46,523 bases of DNA from Pseudomonadales bacterium (lineage in GTDB: Bacteria > Pseudomonadota > Gammaproteobacteria > Pseudomonadales > Dasaniaceae): positions 1 through 46,523 of the forward strand of contig JAZFYA010000072.1 of assembly GCA_036443315.1 (NCBI GenBank). The letters are read 5' to 3'. The position numbers and the translations under genes were made by a program. The notes under the pieces are model-generated. The model did no database searches and had not been told where the DNA came from. It was given only the letters and a program-made list of their open reading frames with translations. Below, piece after piece: positions 18,301 to 27,257 of this stretch (positions within the stretch are counted from its first letter, which is position 1; every line of letters starts with the position of its first letter).

Positions 18301-21127
18301 CTGAGCCTTTGATGGTGTGCATAAAACGCTTTATTTCTTTGAGTGTATCTTTGTCCGCTATATCCCCGCGCCACTTTTCAAGATTTAAAATAAACTCTGG
18401 GAATATTTCTTTTATCTCGTCCAAGAAATATACAACTGGGGCTGCATCAATGTCGTCATGTTTAGCTATGTTATTATTCTTTTCCTCTGGGTGTTCTTCT
18501 TGTTGCAACTCTGCCTGACCATCTAATACATCATTAATATCAACATGATAGGTACTTTCTTGTGAGGTAGATTTATTTGATATTCCTATGGCATCGTTTA
18601 ACCTACGACACAGCGAAGCGATTATATTTATATCGTACTTTTCGCCATCATTTATAATTGTAGAGGTATGAAGATACAACTCTCTGATTGTATTCACGGT
18701 GTCTTGTGTTACTGGTTCTGAGGAATGTATCAAACGCAATGAAAAATTCTCCACGATACGAAATACTTTAGACAATTCGCAATAATCAAACGACAACAGA
18801 ATCGAAGCTAATGCATGGCAATGAAGGTGGATTTTATTGCTATCAATAAACCCTGTATCCAGGTTATATGCATCCAATACTGAGGAAACTGCCGTCCATC
18901 TGGTGTTGAATTCTTCCTTGAAAATAGCCACCAATGGATCTGCCTCGCTCCCATCATCCGAATTCAAGACATTAGGCTCTATTACAACCTTTTCTACATC
19001 ATGAGGCACTTCACCAATGATATTTTGAGCATACTGATTAAGCACGGATGCATCAAAAAAAGAATCTGGTGTATTGACATGGTTTTTTATTAACTCTACA
19101 CAATTCGTTAGGAATTTGTTTAGATCTGCTAACGAGTCATGATAACTCTTAACTGAATCGTCAGCATGATTCACTTGAAGATCGATCATTCTCGCAGCAT
19201 TAATCATGAGCTTAACGTAATCAGGCAGATTGTTTAGCCTTGCGGCTTCTGCAATCTTCATGCACTTTGCACCTGCCATGTCAAAATTCGATGCAGACTT
19301 TTTAGTAATGGGCAGACAACGCTCAATAAAACAAATATCATCGAGAATTTCGGCTAACCCGGAATTCTCGATAAAGTTTTCATCACTATTTGAGGTAGAT
19401 TTTTTTTCAAAGATAAATTGCTTGTCTGTATTAAGAATTTTGCACTTCTTAACCCTTTTTATAACTCGTTCTACTGCAATATCTTCACCAAAGAAGCCAT
19501 CACGAATACTCTGCAAATACACCTGCGATGCTACAATAGCCATCGTAAACGCCCGGTACTCTGCTGTCTCCTTATCAATTTTTTTATTACATCCATGCAA
19601 ATAGTTTGATGCTGAAATCAGTAGCGTAAATATCTTGTTTAACTTAAGGTGCTGCATTACACACGCAACACGTTCCAAGATTGGTGGGCAACCAGCTAAT
19701 TTATCTCTTTCATAGCCTGTTCTTGTATATATCGTTATCGCTTCACGACACTGTTGAATATCAGCAAGTGCAACACCAATTACGGCATCTACAGTCACAC
19801 TTGGTACGTTTGAAAACCCAAGATCATTAACAATAACCTGATTTGTGTCTAGATTATCAAGTGTACTTTCAATAGAAATCAAACCATTCTTAACTATCTC
19901 AATATATTTTTCTTCAAATTGATCCCGGAGATTAACAACTTCAATAAACCTTAATAGGTCGATGCATACTGCGCTGCATGTTCCTATCTCAACCATGGAG
20001 AATATTCCACTCAATGCTGACACCAGGCCTCGCATTTTTGTTAAATTGTCTAAAAATATTTTTTCCGTTGGCGCTGCAACAACTACGGTTAAAAGATACA
20101 TAGCCTCTTTAAGCTTGTCCCTTGCAAGTGGAATGACTTCCTCATTAGTAATAATTGAAGCGCCCTGAAGTAACCTTCTAGCTTCTTCATTAGTTTTGCT
20201 ATTTAACCGATCCGTTTTAAATACAGATTTAATGGCAGCTACATTTTTACACTTAACCTTACTTCCATGGATTGCAGAGAGCATTGTTCGAAAGTGTTCT
20301 TTTTTTATTGGTTCATAGCGCCCTTCACTACCTTGACCTGAAAATTGTACAATGCTTTCCCCAACAGCAACTAGAGCCAACTGAATTTCATTCGAACTTC
20401 CTTGCTCTCCCCTCTTCAATATTTCCAACACTGTATGACTTACCCAAAGTACTGATGATGCAGTATCGTCAGCAACTATGATCGCTAATTCTCCAACCAT
20501 TTTACTTAAACTACTCAGTGAAAAGTTATCCGTGCATTTGGCTATCCATGCATTTAGTAATCTATCATATTGTTCTGCAACTAGAGTAATCTTATCATTT
20601 ATAACTGATTCACTAACATTTTCTTCACGTTCTTCTGGGCAGTGGTAATCAAATATTATTGAATCCTGCTCGTTTACTAGCTCATTCCCAAGCGAAGCTT
20701 GTAATGCATTAATTTCTGATAACAGAGTCGTAGGAGTATCAGGTGCGCCTCGAATAATAAGCTTTAAATATGTTGGCAGCTGAACAATACCAGCCATCTG
20801 TGCTTCTAGAATTTTGTTGCGTTCAAATTTCTGGCTATCATAATTGCTTAATTCTCTACATCCTTCAGCAAGAACACGCATAAGTTCTATCGCCCCCTTA
20901 CAATCAACAACATCTACAGCAGAACGTATTATTGTTAACAATTTGATTATTTTAGCTAGAATTTCATTTTGCTTGTGTTTTAAAATCGGGGCGGTTTTTT
21001 CTGTTGCCTTGGGGAACTCTCTTTCAATTTCAAAGTAATCGTTGAACAGCAGCGTAAGCTCGTTACATGAACCTTGAACAGGCGTGATGATTCGAGAACA
21101 ATTCGCTCTGACTTGATTCTGATTCAT
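15359..21127 (-). CDS. chpA: ChpA-like hybrid chemosensory histidine kinase (multiple Hpt, HATPase, CheW, REC)
   Basis: Two MHTIKG Hpt motifs, HIIRNAIDHGIE, DDGAGI, SGRGVGMDIV, C-terminal receiver VDDS...LDIEMP. Confidence 0.93.
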   Translation of the reverse strand: MNQNQVRANCSRIITPVQGSCNELTLLFNDYFEIEREFPKATEKTAPILKHKQNEILAKIIKLLTIIRSAVDVVDCKGAIELMRVLAEGCRELSNYDSQKFERNKILEAQMAGIVQLPTYLKLIIRGAPDTPTTLLSEINALQASLGNELVNEQDSIIFDYHCPEEREENVSESVINDKITLVAEQYDRLLNAWIAKCTDNFSLSSLSKMVGELAIIVADDTASSVLWVSHTVLEILKRGEQGSSNEIQLALVAVGESIVQFSGQGSEGRYEPIKKEHFRTMLSAIHGSKVKCKNVAAIKSVFKTDRLNSKTNEEARRLLQGASIITNEEVIPLARDKLKEAMYLLTVVVAAPTEKIFLDNLTKMRGLVSALSGIFSMVEIGTCSAVCIDLLRFIEVVNLRDQFEEKYIEIVKNGLISIESTLDNLDTNQVIVNDLGFSNVPSVTVDAVIGVALADIQQCREAITIYTRTGYERDKLAGCPPILERVACVMQHLKLNKIFTLLISASNYLHGCNKKIDKETAEYRAFTMAIVASQVYLQSIRDGFFGEDIAVERVIKRVKKCKILNTDKQFIFEKKSTSNSDENFIENSGLAEILDDICFIERCLPITKKSASNFDMAGAKCMKIAEAARLNNLPDYVKLMINAARMIDLQVNHADDSVKSYHDSLADLNKFLTNCVELIKNHVNTPDSFFDASVLNQYAQNIIGEVPHDVEKVVIEPNVLNSDDGSEADPLVAIFKEEFNTRWTAVSSVLDAYNLDTGFIDSNKIHLHCHALASILLSFDYCELSKVFRIVENFSLRLIHSSEPVTQDTVNTIRELYLHTSTIINDGEKYDINIIASLCRRLNDAIGISNKSTSQESTYHVDINDVLDGQAELQQEEHPEEKNNNIAKHDDIDAAPVVYFLDEIKEIFPEFILNLEKWRGDIADKDTLKEIKRFMHTIKGSANMCGAPEVGSLACSLEKLFESCLFGVTSPSTIMNELIDIAIEHIQDQISKLSSGMSADVATDLIRGIENYISGNPLDQSVSIEDPAEIVEPEPSDSSIHAVEREVSTPEIDVLPEGVDADSTEDSTGGLDSDEQLEQIGWFLEETEDNLPEFHECLERLKKDNKDASALDTLKHHMHTIKGGSNLCGATQIGALTHSLESLFESCCGRNKLLNDSFFALVNIAVDSLAEMTELLSNNLPLTIPSRIIEAIDLARTSGVVTSEILNTLNISDTAEAIAANERAVIAEIESEEIDAPDEVVMPEVSTIPDRPIESPRLLESIEPHLKHSNERTANSFHKTDESSGKPATIEYEPNIHKGVQALIKARAGMKKSNTKRKPTQKLRVDQSLLDSAISLASESAAQQNKAYNITDLQGNNSKSLGSLIVQLNHCQRSFEIALRLFTQKQSEGKIINQDENVLGLECFNELSTYNIELSEIVINLLTEQKVAEDNNKRMRRELNDQYKLLRDLKISLFSSRLVPFQEHNPKYVKLVNDTALKVGKKVNLSISGEKQEIDRIMLEAISDPITHIIRNAIDHGIESPDARKHKIKPSTGKLTLDIKTDINNIIIEVCDDGAGINVSKVKKKAIEKGIIQPGEEISDNEVIQLITHSGLSTANSVTQISGRGVGMDIVRSKIESLGGSLNIESTIDVGSKFVITLPATMGSNRSLVCRVADELYAIPISVTQNIINVNMEELDSPNGVYVRKGLSYYILELSDALAMPYLTAERHHKSRSLILCEFNNSRYAIVFDELVSYPEIYTRKPEGMLGNIQGISGAAEISDGRLIYILDLPTLIRANVTFNSSSFQVNENRIRPVKKVERNKLVLIVDDSAAIRKRLNDFMEGLGYETLLARDGLHALDLMKTHRQPDVIFLDIEMPNMDGPTFGRMIRDNEDTANVPIIMITSLTDEKIKTHVLSIGVNYFLPKPVSEASLINALRAIFGN

Positions 21128-21933
21128 TTAAGAAAGTCCTTACGATATATCACCACATAGCCATTTCTACTGGCCTCCATATTTTTAATATCTAATCTAA
21201 CCAGATCGTTATAGCCTAGTAGTAGCAATCCCCCCGGTTTTAATTTTCGTGCTAATTTTACCGCTATTTTTACACGAGTTTTGTCACAATAATATATCAA
21301 GGTGTTTAAACATAAAATAATATCTACAGGGGGTATATCAACGTTCTGATCAGAAGCGATATTGAATAGGAAAAAGTTTGTTTTCTCTTTCAAGACTGAG
21401 CAAATGCTGCGCTTTCTTTCGCCTAATTTACATTGTGAAAGAAAAACAACCAGAAAGTTTTCACAGTTTTCATATGTACCGTTCATTGCCGAACAGAGGC
21501 ATTGGCCTGAAATATCAGATCCGTGTACAATAAAATCATCAATTCCATTGAGCTTCATAGTTGCCGCAACCGAATAAACCTCTTGCCCTGTTGAGCAGCT
21601 TGATGACCAAATAGAGAACTGGCGCCCTTTATTTTCACGAATATAACATTTAAGAATTTCGTTGATCTCGGCATGCCGGTTAAAGTCCGTTTCATGAACG
21701 GACGCCGCATCAACTAAATGATACCAAATGTCGTGGCCAGATAAGACGCAATCAAGCCTGGACAACAACATTCCCACATTACAGAGCTTAAATTTTTTAA
21801 GAACAATCTCTATTTTTGACGTAAGATATGAATGACTAACTTTAATATCAAATTCCATCGATGTACGTTTTGTCACAACAGCTAATACCGCAGCCAATTC
21901 GTCTGGCCTAATTCTATTTTCGAATCCATCCAT
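21124..21933 (-). CDS. cheR: CheR/PilK-type methyltransferase
   Basis: ETDFNR, IWSSSCSTGQEVYS, GSDIS, DIILCLNTLIY, LKPGGLLLLG. Confidence 0.92.
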   Translation of the reverse strand: MDGFENRIRPDELAAVLAVVTKRTSMEFDIKVSHSYLTSKIEIVLKKFKLCNVGMLLSRLDCVLSGHDIWYHLVDAASVHETDFNRHAEINEILKCYIRENKGRQFSIWSSSCSTGQEVYSVAATMKLNGIDDFIVHGSDISGQCLCSAMNGTYENCENFLVVFLSQCKLGERKRSICSVLKEKTNFFLFNIASDQNVDIPPVDIILCLNTLIYYCDKTRVKIAVKLARKLKPGGLLLLGYNDLVRLDIKNMEASRNGYVVIYRKDFLK

Positions 21934-21935
21934 AA

Positions 21936-23930
21936 TTAGGTGCTGTAATTATTCATCGTACTGTCAACCTTTGATGCCTGCTTACTGAGATGCGATACGG
22001 CTTCTGCAGTTTGATGTGCTGTAGTTGCTCCTTGGTCAGTGTATTCACTCACAAGGTTCATTCGGTTTGTAATATCACGAGACATCTCTACTAGCTTTGT
22101 TACATTTTTTTTAGTTCCATCTGCGTTATTTCTTACCGTGACATAAAGTTCGTGTAACGAGTCAAGGCAGCGTTCAGCCTCCTCACTACTCTTTACCAGG
22201 TCATTGGATTGGGTCTTAGCATCTTCTACCTCATGCTGACTTTCTTTTAGTACGCTTGTTAATCTCTGCAGTAAGCTTCCGACACTTTCAATTTGATCTT
22301 TCACTTCATCAGAAGCTTTAGACATTTCATCGGCTGTTGCACTAGCCCTCTTTCCTTCATCGCCTGTTAGACCATTTGCCCATATTAGGCAATTTGCGGC
22401 TATAGACTTTGTTCGATGTGAAATTTGATTAATTTCTTGGGTATGACTAACTAGCTCTTGTGACAATTCAATTACTTGCTTTATCCGACCCATTACGGCT
22501 GTCATTATTCGATTTGTTTGATCTACCTTATTGCCCGTACTCTTTACTGCAGATATCCCATTCTCCATTACTCGTTCTGCCTCCAACGCTGATTTAAGTG
22601 TGGTGGCGGAAATGTTGTCAATGCTAGAAATCTCAGACATCATTTCTTTAACTAGCTCTACCGTCTGCTCAACGGCCTCTTCCTGTTTCTTCCTTACAGT
22701 TCGCGCATTTTTCGCCCCTTGTTCACTTTGCTGAGCAGTTGATGCCAGATTTGTAATCAAGCCTTGGACTTCAACCACATAGCTTCTTAGGCTTAAAATT
22801 GCGCCGTTCAACCCTTTTGCAATTTCTGCCGTAGAACTGTATTTTGTATCAAATATAACACCTAAATCACCTCGCCCCAGTTGGGCAATGGAGTCCATCA
22901 ATTTCCCAATCTCATAAGCTGCTGAAGAGGCTTCTTGTTTAATAAACACATTCTCTTCGGAGACGGCAGTTACTCGAATCCGGCTTCTCATTATCACGGT
23001 ATAAAGGAAGACCACTGTTAATGACACGGTTATTAATACAAAGAACGTTAATGTTTCTTCATTAAGTAGTGTACCACCGCTTACATTAGCTTGTGTCATG
23101 GCTGTTTTAAGTGACCCTCCAATCGATAGAAGCTCCCGTTCTAGATTGTCGGTATTAAAACCTTCCTCCCCTTTCTTACTAATCGATTCATCTATTCGCT
23201 TAATTTGATCCCGCAAATCAAGAAACTCCTTAGCAATTTTATTCAATTGGGATTTTACCTCACTAATACGCTTCGTTATTACACCGCTCTTAATGGCGTT
23301 ACTTACAGCCGTATTAACTTCTATTAGTGTGATATCAACTGTTTTACGAAAGAAAATCATGGCTGATGGCGGGTCAGAAGAAAGCTGAGCATTCAAGCTA
23401 GCCAAGTCGCCTATTACCAGGCTAGTTTTTTGATTAAGTCTTGCCGTTTCATTACTTGAAACCGAGATCATAGATCCAAGACCTTTTTGAAGTCCAATCA
23501 ACTTCATGGTCGTTTCTGCGGTAGCCTTGGCATATTCTTTACGCTTAACATAGCTGTTGGCTTCATTATTTAGCTGATTTAGATCCGAAACCATATCGCC
23601 CCACGATTGGTTAGTTGACATTACTACCTGGGCTATTGAATCAGGAAAATCCACATTCATCTTAGCGTACTTATCTTTAACATCTTTTATTGCCTGAATG
23701 CTCTCCCTGACCGGCGCCGATTTTTTTTTACCGCCAGAGTGAACGTATACTGTGAGCGCGGACAGCGAGAGTCGGATTTTGTAATTGACCTCGACGTAAT
23801 CTGATAGCGCCAGCAGCACATTCTTGTCCGCATCAACCGACGATAATGCTGATCTGAACCCCACACCTGTTATCGTCATGGAAACCAATAGCATAAATCC
23901 AACAATGGGTATCATTACGTTGTTTTTCAT
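21936..23930 (-). CDS. pilJ: PilJ-like methyl-accepting chemotaxis protein (divergent)
   Basis: Two TM segments, HAMP-like LGRGDL segment, long heptad signalling domain; lies between cheW and cheR. Confidence 0.85.
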   Translation of the reverse strand: MKNNVMIPIVGFMLLVSMTITGVGFRSALSSVDADKNVLLALSDYVEVNYKIRLSLSALTVYVHSGGKKKSAPVRESIQAIKDVKDKYAKMNVDFPDSIAQVVMSTNQSWGDMVSDLNQLNNEANSYVKRKEYAKATAETTMKLIGLQKGLGSMISVSSNETARLNQKTSLVIGDLASLNAQLSSDPPSAMIFFRKTVDITLIEVNTAVSNAIKSGVITKRISEVKSQLNKIAKEFLDLRDQIKRIDESISKKGEEGFNTDNLERELLSIGGSLKTAMTQANVSGGTLLNEETLTFFVLITVSLTVVFLYTVIMRSRIRVTAVSEENVFIKQEASSAAYEIGKLMDSIAQLGRGDLGVIFDTKYSSTAEIAKGLNGAILSLRSYVVEVQGLITNLASTAQQSEQGAKNARTVRKKQEEAVEQTVELVKEMMSEISSIDNISATTLKSALEAERVMENGISAVKSTGNKVDQTNRIMTAVMGRIKQVIELSQELVSHTQEINQISHRTKSIAANCLIWANGLTGDEGKRASATADEMSKASDEVKDQIESVGSLLQRLTSVLKESQHEVEDAKTQSNDLVKSSEEAERCLDSLHELYVTVRNNADGTKKNVTKLVEMSRDITNRMNLVSEYTDQGATTAHQTAEAVSHLSKQASKVDSTMNNYST

Positions 23931-23938
23931 TTCTTTGC

Positions 23939-24409
23939 CTATAAACTTACGTTTAAGAATCTTTCGCACTTTACAAGCCGAGCAATGTCGACAAGGTAGT
24001 ATGTTTCTTCTTTAATAGTGCATGCAGAGATGATGTAATCTTTCAGCAAATCTGAAACTGGAGCCTGCTCGGTCTTAATCTTACAAGCGTCAACAGACAC
24101 ATGGCTCTCTCTGATTTCGTCAACCAGCAAACCAATTGGCGTACCTTCTGCTTTAATCATTACCACATGAGTTGTAATTTCGTTCGGTGTTGGAGTTAGC
24201 CCGAGGTACTGTGCGAAGTTTATAAAAGGAGTTATTTGATGTCCGTACTTAGCGCATCCTAAAAACCATTGTCTGGTACCAGGCATTACAGCCAATTTTG
24301 GTAAATACGTAACACTGTGAAGGTCGTCCATTAATAGCAATATATTCAAGTGATTCACTCGAAATCCAAAAACATCCGGCTTCACCTTGTGTTGAGGGCT
24401 ATTTACCAT
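23939..24409 (-). CDS. pilI: CheW/PilI-like coupling protein
   Basis: MPGTRQWFLG...G.ITP, IGLLVDEI; C-terminal FLNVSL typical of PilI. Confidence 0.85.
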   Translation of the reverse strand: MVNSPQHKVKPDVFGFRVNHLNILLLMDDLHSVTYLPKLAVMPGTRQWFLGCAKYGHQITPFINFAQYLGLTPTPNEITTHVVMIKAEGTPIGLLVDEIRESHVSVDACKIKTEQAPVSDLLKDYIISACTIKEETYYLVDIARLVKCERFLNVSL

Positions 24410-24824
24410 TTGCCAATACCTTTTCCAAACATTTCACAACCGTGTCCTCAGTAAAAGGTTTGGTTAAATAATCGTCCGCCCCAGCAATCGCACCGTCCGC
24501 CACATCAAATTCTGTATTCTTTGAACTCAACAACACCACTGGCAGCTTCGCATAGCGCTCGTTCGCTTTTAACATCCTACATAATGTCAACCCGTCAATA
24601 GCGGGCATATCTATATCGAGCAAAATCACATCTGGTGTATCCCTACGAATCATCAGCATCCCTAGATAGCCATCTTCGGCCACAGCCACCTCATATCCAT
24701 TGCGGGTCAGTAGACGCTCTACTATACGACGAGACCCCTTTGAATCGTCGATCAGGCCCACTTTTGTCCTCGGCGTTGTCAATACCTTCTCCCCGTCGTC
24801 AACTATTAAGACAATCCTGAACAT
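24399..24824 (-). CDS. pilG: Response regulator, PilG-like (start may be slightly downstream)
   Basis: IDDSK, PDVILLDIDMP, LSSK..FD...G, YLTKPF. Confidence 0.85.
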   Translation of the reverse strand: MFRIVLIVDDGEKVLTTPRTKVGLIDDSKGSRRIVERLLTRNGYEVAVAEDGYLGMLMIRRDTPDVILLDIDMPAIDGLTLCRMLKANERYAKLPVVLLSSKNTEFDVADGAIAGADDYLTKPFTEDTVVKCLEKVLANGK

Positions 24825-24923
24825 TAATTACGGCCAAATGGCGCATACTTTTTTTATCTATTGTCTGTTTTTCACACAATCGGCTTATTCTTTTTATTAA
24901 TCACACTAGATTGGAGTCATGAC

Positions 24924-25334
24924 ATGCTTATTGCGATTCCTGCTTTCCGCTATCAGGGCGAAGATTTAAGCAAAGTTACTTTCTTTGCCAAACGCCTATT
25001 TCAGCACGTAAACACCTTGCCGATTAAGGATCTGGATGGGTTGATAGCACGCTACTTTGAGAATAGCTTTTTCAAATTTTGCCAGTTGACTCGAAAATGC
25101 ACCCAGGCCGTTGATTCTCTCACCATCTTGGCTGATGATGCCCAACTTCTCTGTCGTTCGGCTTATTGGCTCTGCTCTAATGACATGGCGACTGGGTCAG
25201 AATTATTGCTGGGCATAGATCCCATTGTTTGTGACTTAACTGAGTTCGGAAATCAGAACCTTATCTCGCTTAACGCCGACCCTGCTTCACCGCTTAGATC
25301 GGTATACCAACTGGCGCACCAGAAAGCTATTTAG
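24924..25334 (+). CDS. Hypothetical protein
   Basis: GGAG RBS before ATG 24924; divergent from pilG. Confidence 0.55.
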   Translation: MLIAIPAFRYQGEDLSKVTFFAKRLFQHVNTLPIKDLDGLIARYFENSFFKFCQLTRKCTQAVDSLTILADDAQLLCRSAYWLCSNDMATGSELLLGIDPIVCDLTEFGNQNLISLNADPASPLRSVYQLAHQKAI

Positions 25335-25415
25335 CGTTAGATTCCACCCTTTTGATGTTCAAGATTGTTTTCATAGGTAATCAAATTCTTTCTCTTTACT
25401 TTGGGGCAACAAATC

Positions 25416-26135
25416 ATGAAGCGATACATAAGCATATTATTCGTCATTTTACTTCTGCATGGTTGTGCTGGAATGAGCGCGGATAGGCCTGCTGGGCACA
25501 GCGAATACACCGCTTCAATAGCGCAACTCAAGGCGCTACGCAAACAAGTCTTTCTACTGACGCAACAACTCCAACAAACCCAGAGAGAGGTTTATGCACT
25601 TATTGACCTTAAGGAGACTTTGGCAAAGAATATTGATCATTTATCGCCCTTCCCTGCCCTACAACGTAAATCCACCCAGGAAATGGCTTTGGCAGGAAGT
25701 ACTGGGATGACGCCAACATTTTATCGCTCACCCAGTATCGATGCCCGACTAGCATCTCTGAGTCAACGGATAAATGAGAAAAAGAGGATTGCAATCAAAA
25801 CTCAACAAAAGATAGACCATCTAAGTCCGCAGCTAACTAAACGACAGGCCATAGCAAAAGCAACGAGCAGTGATGTAGTCACGATCCAACCTGCAAGAGT
25901 CATATACGATGTTGTATATGTTTACCAGGATAAAAAGAGTCGGGATAAGTTTAATGAAAGGCTAAGGGCATCCGGATTCACTGACATTGCCTCATTTAAT
26001 AACACAGAAAAAGCCGAGTATTACATTTATGTCGGTCGATTCCATGAGAAAAGACATGCGATTGCTCGGCGCAATGATTTAAACAAGAAGACCGGTTCTA
26101 ACCACCTCCAGATTAAGGTCAATTATATTGGATAG
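25416..26135 (+). CDS. Lipoprotein with coiled coil and C-terminal SPOR-like domain
   Basis: Lipobox LHGC; YYIYVGRFHEKRHAIARRNDL SPOR-like motif. Confidence 0.8.
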   Translation: MKRYISILFVILLLHGCAGMSADRPAGHSEYTASIAQLKALRKQVFLLTQQLQQTQREVYALIDLKETLAKNIDHLSPFPALQRKSTQEMALAGSTGMTPTFYRSPSIDARLASLSQRINEKKRIAIKTQQKIDHLSPQLTKRQAIAKATSSDVVTIQPARVIYDVVYVYQDKKSRDKFNERLRASGFTDIASFNNTEKAEYYIYVGRFHEKRHAIARRNDLNKKTGSNHLQIKVNYIG

Positions 26136-26143
26136 GCAACGCT

Positions 26144-27070
26144 ATGATTAAATTATTATTTTTAAGCCGATCCAGCTAGTATCAGCCATTTCGGTTTCTC
26201 TACTTGTAAGTTCATTCACCCAAGCTCTCGAAATGTAGGGACTTGCTGTCTATAAAGATGGTTACAGACGCGAACAGCACATTTCAGCTTTATTCCTGCC
26301 ATAGAAGCAAAGCTCAGCTTCGGAAATCCTTAAAATGCCAGGCGATGAGTTTAAGACAACGAAGTCTGCTGATGGCAGAACGGTATTTATTTTCAACCAC
26401 ACACCCATTGCTGAAACGAAAGGACACAGTCTTCATAACGACCTTCTTAAGAGCTGGATCAGTGAATCTGCGCCCGGTTCTAGCTTCCGAGAGTCCATGA
26501 TGAGATCTGATAAAATGTTCGCCGACGTACATGCCTTGAAATTACGCTATTTTAGAGTGGATACGAAATTGGAACGTAGGAATGAGATCGCCAGCTAGAG
26601 TCTAAATATACCTCAACCGGTATATTCTTCTAAGACGGCGGCCAAGCAGGCCTCCGTTGCCAAAGTGGTGCCAAAGGCTAATGCCAAACAAGCCGATGTC
26701 GCCGCTGCCAAGGCTATACCAAAAACCAAACCTTCCGAACCTGCCAAATTCGTCTCAAAGCCAAAACAAGAATTCATTGGGCGTCTATTCAATCTCGTTC
26801 TGAACGTTAGAGTATCGATAAATACATTGATAAACTAGAAAGCACACAATCAATGTGGAACTCCACTACGGGGTTGCTTACACGGGTCGGAGTAATTCAG
26901 AGTCATTTATCATGTTAGAGCTTTCTAAAAACGGCAAGATTCTGAAGATTGAAATTATGGATGAAAAGCCACATAGACGTTTCACCAAAGCCACTAAAAA
27001 GGCAGTGCGCCGTATCGGACGCGTTGACGCTCCGCCGACACCAGTTGCCGATTTTTTTGGCGACAAGTGA
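26144..27070 (+). pseudogene. Decayed TonB-family gene, paralog of 35939..37324
   Basis: In-frame ALEM*GLAVYK...ALFLP*...LLKSWISESAPGSSFRESMM...EIAS*, Ala/Lys/Pro linker, then TonB/TolA-C fragment ELSKNGKILKIEI...AVRR. Confidence 0.7.
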
Positions 27071-27257
27071 TCTGAAACCATCCTTGTTGAGCTCTGCATT
27101 TCAGCAAAAGCTTCAGCCACCTACAATGAGGGGTTTACCCCTTATTGTTCTACTTGGAACATTTATTCCGCAAATATCCCCCGTTTCATTCATAAACCTT
27201 GTAAATAGGCACCTTTGTCCCTACTATTAGTTCCACATGGAACAATAGGATCGCAAG

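Noticed and set aside
15449-22734. Many short plus-strand ORFs in the ORF track
   Set aside because: Antisense shadows of chpA, cheR and pilJ
24831-24846. GGCCAAATGGCGCA upstream of pilG as another copy of the palindrome
   Set aside because: Only one good half-site and different central spacing
26144-27070. Amber (TAG) recoding, since in-frame stops here and in the 13.9-kb lipoprotein are TAG
   Set aside because: The same genes also have frameshifts and deletions, and intact genes end in TAG (e.g. 4208, 4686, 26135, 33133); ordinary decay explains it
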